From the NCBI GenBank assembly GCA_964016885.1, contig OZ024742.1:266724001-266788000 (forward strand): a stretch of 64,000 nucleotides of DNA. Reading direction: 5' to 3'. Below, piece after piece: positions 32,969 to 45,923 of the stretch (position 1 is its first letter; the number at the start of each line of letters is the position of its first letter). Below the pieces are notes generated by a model that did no database searches, was not told the DNA's origin, and worked only from the letters and a program-made list of their open reading frames with translations. Both the position numbers and the translations under genes were made by a program. The stretch is from Eledone cirrhosa (lineage: Eukaryota).

Positions 32969-35587
32969 ATGAAAATAGATAAATTAATGTGAACAAGAAG
33001 CCAACAGTATTTCATAATATATAAGTGACTATAACGTCAAGATGGAAAATATTTAACGTATATATATAAAACTTTCCTATATTTTATATACGTTCGGACA
33101 CGCACTTCTCTAAAATAGTTGACGAAACACACAAGGACTTTCCTTACGTAAAAACGATTTTTGTATTTTTCCTCTGCTGACATTCGTCTGTCTTTCTATT
33201 TCTTCTTCTATCTCCCATTTTATCTTGTGATGAAGGACTTACGCCTGAAACATTATCATTCTGTTTCTACTATATCAATCGTTAAACTGAAATACATCTT
33301 AATTGTACTGTATCGTTCTCCTGTGTTATTTTTCCTCGTGTGTGTGTGTGAGTGCGTGTGTGTATTTGTGTGTGTGTGTGCATGCGTGTGTCTATGTGTG
33401 TTGTGTGTGTGTGTATGGATATGTACATATATATTCGGAGGAAAGAGTACTTAATATCTAAAGTAGATTAAATATAAAGTTTAATTATCTGAGAATTCTG
33501 CTGGAGTTACTCAAGCCTATATTTCCCTACAGCAACACTTATTAAATTCATTATTAAAAAAAACAACAACAAAAATAACAAAACAAAACAAAGCTGTTTA
33601 TACAGTAAATGAAAAGAAATTTTAAGAAATGGAAAATATCACTTGGCTCAGTTGACTCATACTTGGCTCATACAGAAATGTTATGTATTGTAATAAGTAA
33701 CATTTTTATTCTCTGGTGGAGACAAAAATGAATAACAATACACTATAATATAATGACCTGATGCACAGAAGTGGATTTACAGAATAGATAAAAGTAAATC
33801 CAAAAAAGAAACGAAAAATAAAACGGAAAAAACAAACATATTACGCACATAGATAGAACGATAAAAACATTAATAAAAAAGAGAAAAAAGGAAGATAATA
33901 TGGCATTACTTACTTCTTGGTTTAAATATCAGTTCAATTATCTTCCTATCTTTCTGATATATAGTAAGCAAACCCTTTCTCCACAAATCATAAGTTCCAT
34001 AAAATCTTACCTAAAAGTAACGTGACGGTAAACCGCAATATTTCCAATGAATTTCGTGGCATTTAAATTAGAATCAATAATGAAAATCTGACATATACAT
34101 TTCCAAACCACACTACAGCAATGCACATATCTTACAGTAGATGCAAAATATCTTCAAAAGTTATATTGTACTGTGCGAAGATCTCAGCTGAAATAACAAT
34201 GATATAAACAAACTGAAAACGTTTAACAAAATTTAACCAGCATACATATTTGTTGAAACAGTAAGAATCACTACCACACTGATTATATTTGATATATGAA
34301 AGATTAGAGTTACCCACATTTTAAGATCAACTAGATAACTATCAAAACAGATCATCATCAAGTATTGTATTCTAGGGTGTGTACATGGTCGCTAAGCTCA
34401 AACGTCTAGGCATACACCAAGAGTCATAACGCCCATGCATCAGTAACGTAGGGGATAAAACGCTATTGCCTTTGATTTAGCACTATAGCTTCTTAATTCG
34501 AATATAGTCAGGTTGTTCAGGTCCTATAATATAGACCTGATGATAATTAGAGATTTAAATGATGCTATGATAGCATAGATGTGAATTTTGTTATAATGTG
34601 ATGGTGTAAATAATCTAAATATAATATATTTATAAGAGTAGTATATTTACTAGTCCCAGATATTGAAACATTTAATCTATGATGTAAGTTACTTATTTTT
34701 AAAACGAAATTGAAAACGAATAGAACAGTATTCGACTCATCCAGGAAAATATTCTGTGCCATATTGTACAGCCAAATTACAGTGATTCCATATTTACATT
34801 TAATTGCAGCCGCCCACCATCTTTTAGCTCATTGATAAATATTTTTTGTTCGTTTCTACCAACCTGTTCGCTCTCTAATCTATGACACTAGTTATTGTAA
34901 CAAGAAACAGTAAGGTGCCTTTAACATACCGGGAATTCGGTCCAGTAAAAAAGTGGCTATCAGTTAGAGGATTTTATGGACGTTAACTCCAATAAATGTT
35001 GATTTTAAATTCTAAACACCTTAATGGAGTTATATACGTAGTTTTTGTTTATTATATTTTAAACACTTGGAGAGAGTTTTTATATACCAACCGCATGGAT
35101 AATTTCAGTTACATGAAGTTTATCAACTGATTACATTACATATGTGAAGCACTATCGTATCAATTATATGGCAGTGTACATGCATTTAGTCTTTCTATAA
35201 TTAACATCGAATTATATTTATTTACTTACTTATTTTCACATTATTAGTTTACGATATTGTGAGAAATGATTATTTTCTTTATATCCATTTGTTTCTTTGA
35301 TTTTCAGTTAAGCATTTCAAGATACATTTTTCACCTTCATTCTGCTGTAATAGATTTAGGAAAATCCAATATCTTTTGATGGAATTCAATTTTTGTCTTT
35401 GTCTCTCTTGCTACCCATTCATTATAATTATATTTTTCCTTTTACGCCCTGATATTATTTCAATTTCATACGTGACAATTCCTTCAATAGTTTAGTTTTC
35501 AATTTTGCCCGAAGCTTTAAACATTTAAAAAAAACATTAAACGAATATAATAAATGTATGTAGAAGTGTGTTAATATAATCTCCCCC

Positions 35588-35657
<70 letters not shown>

Positions 35658-35764
35658 TACAATAAAATAAGATTGACTTGTGGTGATTGTTATACGTAAT
35701 TGACACATACACACTCCCAAAACTCACTACAGCAATGCATTTATATAAACGAATTATAAGTGTG

Positions 35765-37739
35765 TGGTCGGGTCGTTGGCGACTAAACTGGCAACCCCAC
35801 CAAGGTTTCTTGGTGAGGAGGGTGACTTTGGACATCCTGCAGGACTAAAAACAAAACCTGTCAAAGGGCAAAGGAGCTCTTAAGAGTCAATGGCCATCCA
35901 AAATCACCGGGAGAGATGACCCCTTAGCCTTTGTCAAGGCAGAATTCTAGGAGAAGGAAAACTCTGATATAACACCTGCAACCCTGATGGTATCCAATGA
36001 TGTTGACTTGTTCTTCTTTTTGGTAAATATCATCTTGGTTAAGAGAGTGGGACTGGCTTTGTGCAGTGCCTTTGCTCACTATAAAAGCTTCACGGCACAG
36101 GCATTGCTTTATATCTGGAGATCTCTCTGCACTTGTCGTCACATGGTACCATGGGCCCAGCACTATGTGTCAGTAATTGTCACAAGTGTAGTGTTTGTAC
36201 CAGAGTTTTCAAGTCGCTGGCTGGACTAAAAAGTCACACTCGTTCAGCGCATCGGTAGGGGTTCTCCTACATGGATATAAAGTAGTGGCCGTACTCGAAA
36301 ACGAGTTGGCAGCCACCATATATATATATGTATGTGTGTATGTATGTGTGTGTATATGTATGTGTGTGTATATATATATGTATGTATGTATATATATATG
36401 TATGTATATATATGTGTATATATATATGTGTGTATATATATATGTATGTATATGTATGTGTATGTATATATATATGTGTCAGGTCATATATATGTATGTA
36501 TATATATAGTGTGTCAGGTCACCAGTTGGTGCTACTGGTAACATGTATCCCAGTACAACCTGTCTCATGGTTGGGTCGTTGGCGACTAAACTGGCAACCC
36601 CACCAAGGTTTCTTGGTGAGGAGGGTGGCTTTGGACATCCTGCAGGACTAAAAACAAAACCTGTCAAAAGGCAAAGGGGCTCTTAAGAGTCAATAGCCAT
36701 CCAAAATCACCGGGAGAGATGACCCCTTAGCCTTTGTCAAGGCAGAATTCTAGGAGAAGGAAAACTCTGATATAACACCTGCAACCCTGATGGTATCCAA
36801 TGATGTTGAATTGTTCTTCTTTTTGGTAAATATCATCTTGGTTAAGAGAGTGGGACTGGCTTTGTGCAGTGCCTTTGCTCACTATAAAAGCTTCACAGCA
36901 CAGGCATTGCTTTATATCTGGAGATCTCTCTGCACTTGTCGTCACATGGTACCATGGGCCCAGCACTATGTGTCAATAATTGTCACAAGTGTAGTGTTTG
37001 TACCAGAGTTTTCAAGTCACTGGCTGAACTAAAAAGTCACATTCGTTCAGCGCATTGGTAGGGGTTCTCCTACATGGATATAAAGTAGTGGCCGTACTCG
37101 AAAACGAGTTGGCAGCCACCATATATATATATATGTCAGGTCACCAGTTGGTGCTACTGGTAACATGTATCCCAGTACAACCTGTCTCATGGTTGGGTCG
37201 TTGGCGACTAAACTGGCAACCCCACCAAGGTTTCTTGGTGAGGAGGGTGACTTTGGACATCCTGCAGGACTAAAAACAAAACCTGTCAAAGGGCAAAGGA
37301 GCTCTTAAGAGTCAATGGCCATCCAAAATCACCGGGAGAGATGACCCTTAGCCTTTGACAAGGCAGAATTCTAGGAGAAGGAAAACTCTGATATAACACC
37401 TGCAACCCTGATGGTATCCAATGATGTTGACTTGTTCTTCTTTTTGGTAAATATCATCTTGGTTAAGAGAGTGGGACTGGCTTTGTGCAGTGCCTTTGCT
37501 CACTATAAAAGCTTCACGGCACAGGCATTGCTTTATATCTGGAGATCTCTCTGCACTTGTCGTCACATGATACCATGGGCCCATCACTATGTGTCAATGA
37601 TTGTCACAAGTGTAGTGTTTGTACCAGAGTTTTCAAGTCGCTGGCTGGACTAAAAAGTCACACTCGTTCAGCGCACCGGTAGGGGTTCTCCTACATGGAT
37701 ATAAAGTAGTGGCCGTACTCGAAAACGAGTTGGCAGCCA

Positions 37740-37741
<2 letters not shown>
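35765..37741 (+). mobile_element. Three tandem copies of a ~608-bp bipartite non-autonomous RTE (35765-36317 truncated, 36513-37120, 37135-37741)
   Basis: RTE 5'-UTR-like motif CTAGGAGAAGGAAAACTCTGA; terminal C2H2 [22 protein letters not shown]; 3' hairpin ACTCG-AAAA-CGAGT; (AT)n tails; copies nearly identical. Confidence 0.8.
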
Positions 37742-37830
<89 letters not shown>

Positions 37831-38840
37831 ATAAACGAGGATCGTTTAAGGTTATCCAAGGGGAGGTTTCGAGTAATCTATACGGTGGAGGATTTTAACG
37901 TGCAACGTTGGTTGACTCAACAAGATGTTTATTTAATTGTGGTGTTCGGAGCACCGATTTCAGACAGTTCCGAGGTAAGCAGATTTTGGAATAATCAAAG
38001 TACTTAAGAAATCAAATGTGCTCCACAATATCCCACCAATTTAACGGCATCATATGACGAACTCTTAACCAATCAGATACAAGAGAAGCTGACAATCTAA
38101 AGACACATCTACATGGAATGGTTTCATTTATTTTTTTTTGTTTTATAACATACATTGTATACATCATTCTTCACTTTTATTATCATATTATTTTATCTTT
38201 TCAATCGGATATGTAAATCCCTCAGTTTATTTATTTTGTTTTTCATGTTGATATTTATATGTCTTAGTATAAACCATTGTATCGCTGACTCCAAAATCAG
38301 ATTTTGATAATTTGCCTGGTATAAACAGTATTCAAAACCGAATTTCACGATAACATTGTAGATAGCGATTTTAAGACACAATCGATTACATACTAGGCAA
38401 TGAAACATATGTTAATGTTTGGAATAAAACCCTATTGTATAGCCTATCCATGTTAATCTTCATTCATTCGTTATACATGCATATATATATATTTATTTTT
38501 TTCACTTCAATTTATCATAAGTTTCCGGTTGGTTGGTTGGCTCGATAACCGGAAGGTTGTTTATATATTGTCAAAGCTCTTTCGCCACACATTCTGTGAA
38601 TTCCTCAGTGACTAGGTTTTTATTTTGTGTGACTCTCCTTTGTTCTGTCCTACACCATCTTGTTTTTGTGTGTTGTGTGTTGTGTGTTGTGTGCTTAGTT
38701 TGCGCATGTGTATGTGTGTGTTTATTTACTTGTCACTAGTTGGTTGTTTGTTCTATCTGTGTGTGTCTTATTTTTTTGTTAGTTTGGTTTTTGTGTGTGG
38801 ATATAATTTGTATTTCTATGTTCTCTCACCCCCTCCCTCT

Positions 38841-38887
<47 letters not shown>

Positions 38888-38889
38888 AT

Positions 38890-39035
38890 TTATACTTATA
38901 TATAAACTATATAAACAGGAAAGGTCAGTATTTTTTATTTTTTACCACCTTATTACCAGTATGAAAAATAGCTCAATGTAAATACATCAGATGCCTTACA
39001 GAACAATAAAATAAATTGAACATAGTTTTGATTGG
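38890..39035. repeat. Dispersed repeat related to 44630-44800 (Penelope pseudo-LTR-like), internally inverted
   Basis: 38890-39005 is the reverse complement of ~44685-44800; 39005-39033 matches 44631-44660 in direct orientation. Confidence 0.7.
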
Positions 39036-39039
39036 TTTG

Positions 39040-39088
<49 letters not shown>

Positions 39089-39096
<8 letters not shown>

Positions 39097-39479
39097 TAAG
39101 AGGAATTCCAACTTTGTCTGATTTACTCGTTTTATTTACAATCCTTTAAAATTTATAATGGTATTATAATGAAATAGTATGATAGAATATTAAATTCTAA
39201 GTGTTAATTGAACAAGTACATTCATGCTTTCGCAATCTTCAGCTTCATAATATGTGGTGACAGTCAAGTTTGCAATTTTCAACAGTTGAAAATTGCAAAC
39301 TTGACTGTCACCACATATTATGAAGCTGAAGATTGCGAAAGCATGAATGTACTTGTTCAATTAACACTTAGAATTTAATATTCTATCATACTATTTCATT
39401 ATAATACCATTATAAATTTTAAAGGATTGTAAATAAAACGAGTAAATCAGACAAAGTTGGAATTCCTCTTATTAATATA
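39089..39479. repeat. Perfect palindrome: 195-bp arms with a 1-nt spacer at 39284
   Basis: Arm-by-arm comparison shows no mismatch; centre TTTTCAAC-A-GTTGAAAA. Confidence 0.95.
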
Positions 39480-39510
39480 ATCTTCTATACACAATCATAC
39501 ACACCCGTGC

Positions 39511-39600
<90 letters not shown>

Positions 39601-40794
39601 TAACGTGTATTTGCTAAGGGTGATCAACATCGATCTGGTTGTGCTTTGCACCCCCAACTTTTCTTGCAAGCATCTCTTTAGTATTTGACAAATGTTACAC
39701 ACTGCACCACTTCCGATAACCCAGACGAGGGGTGTAGGCAGGTTAAGCAAACACTTGAAACAAATTGTTTGTGTAGATTAATCAGAAACAATGTAATTTG
39801 TATGGATGTTCTAAAAAAAATAAACATATTTATTGAACATTCATTCTTAATTCTCGATGGGAGTGTTCATCACACGAACATCTCCTCCCCACCTATACAA
39901 ACACACATATAGGGTATGTGTTCTATAGTGTCCCTGCCTAAAAAGTAGTGTTCAGTAAATATTTGTAGTGAGATGTGTGCAATTTATTATAACATATAAT
40001 TAAATTAATATATTTTGTTCCCTGAGATATGCAATGTAGAACAGGGACCCCAACGAATTTGATGCAGCTTTGGCAATTCTTGTAGACATAAATACACACT
40101 CACACATATATGTATATGTACGTATCCCCATGCTATATCATATTTTTATATTGATTAGTTCCAAATTTAGTTTTATATTAATTAGTATCCCTATTTCTGT
40201 TATCCTCAAACCAACTGCGATTCAGATGTATGAGCAACGTCTTCCAGCTGCGAATATACGCGAATTCCTATATCAGGAAATGCATTATCCAATATACGCG
40301 TCTTTATTTAAAACAGTACAGTGTAGTTTGATTGAGATTTGTCTGCTATTCCTTGCATATTTAGCGACCACGCAGAGTTTGCTTCTTTTTTTTTTGGATT
40401 GCATAATGTTTCTATAATGACATCATGTCTGATAGAAAAATCAATGACACTCCGGGAAGCCTGACTATAATATACGTCATACCATCCAATTTACTTCTCG
40501 GAAAGCAAATCTTGCGCCATCTAAGAATGTTCATGTATCATTATCTTGTTTTCACATGAGAGATTTCAATTGTTACCCTCTGATCTTAGATTCTAAGAGA
40601 ATATTCTTCGAAATAAGAAATGGTTTAGTAATAATAGAGTTTTAAGAATTCATATTTATGTTAACATCCATATTTGAAAACATACAATTATATTCATAAG
40701 TGTGTATGCATGTTACACACACTCTCTCTCACACACACACACGCACAAACACATATAAAATAAAATTAGAATTTTATTTCTCGCCCTAGCCCAG

Positions 40795-40843
<49 letters not shown>

Positions 40844-40892
40844 AAGCATGCACACGTACTCACACATATATATATACACACACACGCTCCCC

Positions 40893-40941
<49 letters not shown>

Positions 40942-40943
<2 letters not shown>

Positions 40944-41430
40944 TGGCTGCCAACTCGTTTTCGAGTACGGCCACTACTTTATATCCATGTAGGAGAACCC
41001 CTACCGAAGCGCTGCATGAGTGTGACTTTTTAGTCCAGCCAGCGACTTGAAAACTCTGGTACAAACACTACACTTGTGACAATTATTGACACATAGTGCT
41101 GGGCCCATGGTACCATGTGAGGACAAGTGCAGAGAGATCTCCAGATATAAAGCAATGCCTGTGCCGTGAAGCTTTTATAGTGAGCAAAGGCACTGCACAA
41201 AGCCAGTCCCACTCTCTTAACCAAGATGATATTTACCAAAAAGAAGAACAAGTCAACATCATTGGATACCATCAAGGTTGCAGGTGTTATATCAGAGTTT
41301 TCCTTCTCCTAGAATTCTGCCTTGACAAAGGCTAAGGGGTCATCTCTCCCGGTGATTTTGGATGGCCATTGACTCTTAAGAGCTCCTTTGCCCTTTGACA
41401 GGTTTTGTTTTTAGTCCTGCAGGATGTCCA
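40942..41430 (-). mobile_element. Fourth, inverted and 5'-truncated copy of the bipartite RTE element
   Basis: Reverse complement of ~35829-36317; (AT)n on both sides. Confidence 0.85.
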
Positions 41431-41447
41431 TATATATATATATACAT

Positions 41448-41481
<34 letters not shown>

Positions 41482-41814
41482 ATGTATATGTACGTATGGG
41501 TTATATCGAACATTAATAATAATGTTCGATTCGTTTGTAAACAAACGGCCCGATTTGAAGCTGTGCCGTGCCGGTGACCGATCCACTTTGAGGAACAATC
41601 AACATGTTTCTGGAACAAAACCTTTCATCAGGATTGTATACCACTGCCAATCTGTTGAACAGTTGACAATATATAGTATTTTCGTAAGTACACATCGGCT
41701 GAGATGCCTCATTTGCATACCAAGCGAGTTACGGCTGGCCTTGCCGAATATTTAAAAATTTATTTCTCCCCCTAGCATAGCTGATACATAAATGTAAGCA
41801 TGCATACGTACACA

Positions 41815-41950
<136 letters not shown>

Positions 41951-42992
41951 TATACTTATACATATGTATGTATGGGTTATATCGAACATCAATAATAATG
42001 TTCGATTCGTATGTGTGTGTGTGTGTGTGTATGCATGTGTGTGTGTGTATGTGTGTGTATGTGTGTATGTATATATCTATAAATCTATGTATATATAAAA
42101 GTTGTATACATGAATGTATCTAACTATATATATATATATATATCCATCAAATATATATATCTCCAACAAACAAAAAATGAGCTTGTGGACGTTTCCTGGA
42201 GTACTTGAAAATAATAGAAATTTCCCTATTATTCTCGATATGAGATTTTACCCGGAAGGGTGACTGTGAAGCCTTTATCTCTGTAGGCAACGGAAGACAA
42301 GCTACACTCGTTTCTCAACATCACAAACACACTGTGATGGAACTAGACCTTTTATTATGACTAAAAGATATATTTAATTTTTACATAAATGCATCCTTCT
42401 CCCAATTCTTTAATTAAATCTTTGAATTTTAAACTTTAATTTTTACATTTTTAATCTCTAATCTTAACTTTAATTTTAACCTTAAAACTTTTAAAGTTCT
42501 GAATTCACACCCGTCCATTATATTTTTATAGAACTTTAGGCTGACCCAAACAGAACATATTTCTCTGTAACCTGATCTCCTTTACCACTAGCATGTGTCC
42601 AAAAAGCAGTGAATGGCATAAACATACTAAGCATACAACCCCCTGACCAAACAAGTAAAACAAAATAGATGAGAATTCCCACTCGAAGGTGGTCAGCCAA
42701 ACTGACAACAACTGACCCTCTTGATCGCCTTCGAGTCAAAAACTTTTTTCCTCTGTGTTTTTTTTAATCTGCTTTCTCTCCTTATACCCTCTTGGATTGT
42801 GTTTACCATTATTCCTTTATTATATAACGATTGTGCAATACACACCTGATGATGTCACCAGGATCTTACGTAACCTGTCCACTGAAATGGACACTGTGTT
42901 TGGTGAAATAAATCTTTGAAGGAATTTCACCAGTCTGGCCTCCTGTCATTTTACTCAATAATATATATATATATGTGTGTCTGTGTGTGTAT

Positions 42993-43065
<73 letters not shown>

Positions 43066-43719
43066 CGTGCGCGTGTATAAGTATAAACACACGCGCCCAC
43101 ACACAAACACAGGTACATGTACACACAGACAATAATTTAACAATACTTTAGCAAATAATGAATGTACATAAATCAGAACTATGAATCCTCCAACCTTGTC
43201 GATAATTGTGCGCATTTGACAATCTATGTTGGAACGTACATGCCCGTGTGCACCGGTATATACACAGATGACCGTCTGCCGAACTGGAGACAAGAAACTA
43301 ACTGCATGTCCGTCTGTTAGAAGCAGGGAATTGGCAGTGGCTTTTCCCGTTGATATAGCTGCTGACCTCTCGGCACCTTTGATTTTTTATCTATATGTTT
43401 ACCTGTGTTTACCACTCTGTTCACATTATACGTACATTAAATGCATGCATACATTCGGAAATGCCCTTCTCCCCCAATTATACCTATTCATTTAAATCCA
43501 CTACCGATCTTGCTCGGGTAACGGAAAACCATGGTACGCACCTGAACTGTAAAGATCAGGCAAATTTCAGTGGTATTCACCTATGCCCATATGGCCCCGT
43601 GTGAATATATGCCTCTTGTGTGCGTGTTTGCATTTATATATGTCTGCATGCGTGTATATACGTATACATAGGAGTCTGTCAATCTAGTTAGTCTTGTATA
43701 ATTATCTGCGTACCTGTCT

Positions 43720-43990
43720 AAATAATTGTTTCTACTTTTGACACAAGGCCAGAAATTATCAGTGCATTACTGGTACTTTAGTTTATCGACCCTGTAAGGA
43801 TGAAAGGTAAAGTTAACCTCGGCGGGATTTGAACTCAGAATGGCAAGGGCCGTAACTATATGCGTCAAAGCATGGCGTCCGACTCTCTACCGATACTGCT
43901 AATCCACCTGTCTAAATAATTGTTTCTACTTTTGGCACAAGGCCAGTAATTAACCCAGTGCATTACTGGTACTTTATTTTATCGACCCCG
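43720..43990 (-). mobile_element. Two SINEs in tandem (43720-43908 near full length; 43915-43990 3' part)
   Basis: Same family; acctgtctaaataat duplicated around the first copy, consistent with insertion into the tail of the second. Confidence 0.88.
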
Positions 43991-44164
43991 TGTATATATA
44001 TAATGAAGGAAGTGTGGTAAGGAGCCAGATGGACCATAACGCACCAGAGTACTCAATACTTAGGGTAGTAGAGTGGGTAATAGGAAAATAGTTAACCCCG
44101 ACGGCAGAGCTCAAGCCGGGGTTAAACATTTTCCTATATATATATATACATACACACACACACA

Positions 44165-44259
<95 letters not shown>

Positions 44260-44298
44260 TATAGAATAATAATCAAAACTATATTCAGAATATTGTAT

Positions 44299-44345
44299 TG
44301 CTGACAATGGTTTCTTCCAAACTTTCGTTTGGAATCATCGGAGCA
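44299..44345 (-). ncRNA. Minimal type I hammerhead ribozyme motif
   Basis: TGCT-CCGATGA-TTCCAAAC(GAAA)GTTTGGAA-GAAAC-CATT-GTC|AGCA: stem I, core with U4C variant, perfect 8-bp stem II, GUC site. Confidence 0.75.
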
Positions 44346-44585
44346 CTAGAAAAGTTTAGACATATAATTAACTTCCTATTCCACAGAACAATCAAAAAGA
44401 TATATAGATATTAATGTTGTCATCAACAATTTCATATTTACAGAGTGGAGATGTTGAAGTCAGTGTCAGTGGATGTGACAAAGATTACAAAAGAATATTA
44501 TATGTTGATGACAACATTAATATCTATGTATCTTTTTGATTGTTCTGTGGAATAGGAAGTTAATTATATGTCTAAATTTTGCTAG

Positions 44586-44632
44586 TGCTCCGATGATTCC
44601 AATCGAAAGTTAGGAAGAAACAATTATCAGCA
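44586..44632 (+). ncRNA. Minimal type I hammerhead motif (more degenerate partner)
   Basis: TGCT-CCGATGA-TTCCAATC(GAAA)GTTAGGAA-GAAAC-AATT-ATC|AGCA. Confidence 0.6.
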
Positions 44633-44811
44633 ATAAAATGTTTTGAACATAGTTTTGATTACTCTGTAACTTATATTCCTGCTCTGTAAAACATCTGATG
44701 TATTTACATTGAGCTATTTTTCTTACTGGTAATAAGGTAGTAATGGATTACTGACCTTTCCTGTTTATAATTATATAAAGTGTATATATAAGTATAAATA
44801 ATATTATTATC

Positions 44812-44858
<47 letters not shown>

Positions 44859-44877
44859 GATTAATTTAACATTGAAA

Positions 44878-45066
44878 ATAACTGTTTCTACATTTGGCAC
44901 AAGGCCAGCAAATACCCAGTGTATTACTGGTACTTTATTTTATCGACCCCATAAGTATGAAAGGCAAAGTTAACCTCGGCGGGATTTGAACTCAGATCAT
45001 AAAGGGACGTAACTCTATGCTTCAAAGCATGGTGTCAGACTCTCTACCGATACTGCCAATCCACCG
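44878..45066 (-). mobile_element. SINE copy with probable TSD
   Basis: Same family; tttaaca(t/a)tgaaaataa on both sides. Confidence 0.9.
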
Positions 45067-45485
45067 ACCTGCTTTAACAATGAAAATAATAACAACAAAT
45101 TCAAGTTATTTTAGCTATTCATTTGCTTTACGATAGTTTCGGAAGGTTGATCATATTGACATATTGACTGATCTATAACAGTTATATAACTGTATATTAT
45201 CAGACTTCATATATAGGTTCGATCAGACCGTCTTCTTTGGAAACAATGTTTATATATATATATATATATATACTGTATATATAAATATATATATATATAT
45301 TTTTTTGCAATTTTGCAATAACCACACATACTGAATTCATCCGCCAAAGCTAGGGGTTCGCTCCCTTCTGACTCCGCACGTGGGTTCAGATAACGCTCAG
45401 TTCCTTAGCGTTGATAGAACAAAATGCCTGTTGAAAAAGTGACTTCCTTGTTCGATCATCACACCAAAAGCTTAGCATTATTTGT

Positions 45486-45600
45486 TTCAAATCCCGCCGA
45501 GGTTGACTTTGCCTTTCATCCTTACGGGGTCGATAAAATAAAGTACCAGTAATGCACTGGGTATTTGCTGGCCTTGTGCCTAAAGTAGAAACAATTATTT
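45486..45600 (+). mobile_element. 5'-truncated SINE
   Basis: From the B box to the 3' stem-loop and tail. Confidence 0.9.
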
Positions 45601-45886
45601 GTTTAAGCAGACAGATTTAGGAGTTGCAGAAACCCCATATTGGATTTTACCACCGTTTCCAGTTAGTCCGGGTAAATTTTTCAATCATATTTTATTATTT
45701 GTTTCACCCGAATAGCTTGCTCGTTTCTATGGCTTTGCGGTTAATGGTTTAACCCTCGTCTCAGTGTGTTTGGCTTTTTAACGTATGTTTATTGCTCTAG
45801 TTCACTCGTTTCAATTGACCGCTTGCCACACATTTCGGAAGTTGTTTTTCGCTAATTTCCAATACCCGAAATGCGATTCTCGCTAA

Positions 45887-45920
<34 letters not shown>

Positions 45921-45923
<3 letters not shown>

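Larger units (their letters stand above)
44271..44660. repeat. Fold-back: ~158-bp inverted arms with a ~74-bp loop, Penelope pseudo-LTR-like
   Basis: 44271-44428 is complementary to 44503-44660 with scattered mismatches; each arm holds a hammerhead motif. Confidence 0.9.

Noticed and set aside
31124-33000. Many ORFs rich in YI/HT/CV repeats, also poly-I/L/K ORFs elsewhere
   Set aside because: Translations of microsatellites, not genes.
35987-36229. 80-aa ORFs repeated four times as a gene family
   Set aside because: They lie within the repeat and have no recognisable motif; the meaningful frame is the short C2H2 remnant.
36513-36600. HDV-like ribozyme at the RTE mini-element 5' end
   Set aside because: P4, CTAA and P2-like parts are visible, but no workable P1 or P3/L3 could be built by eye.
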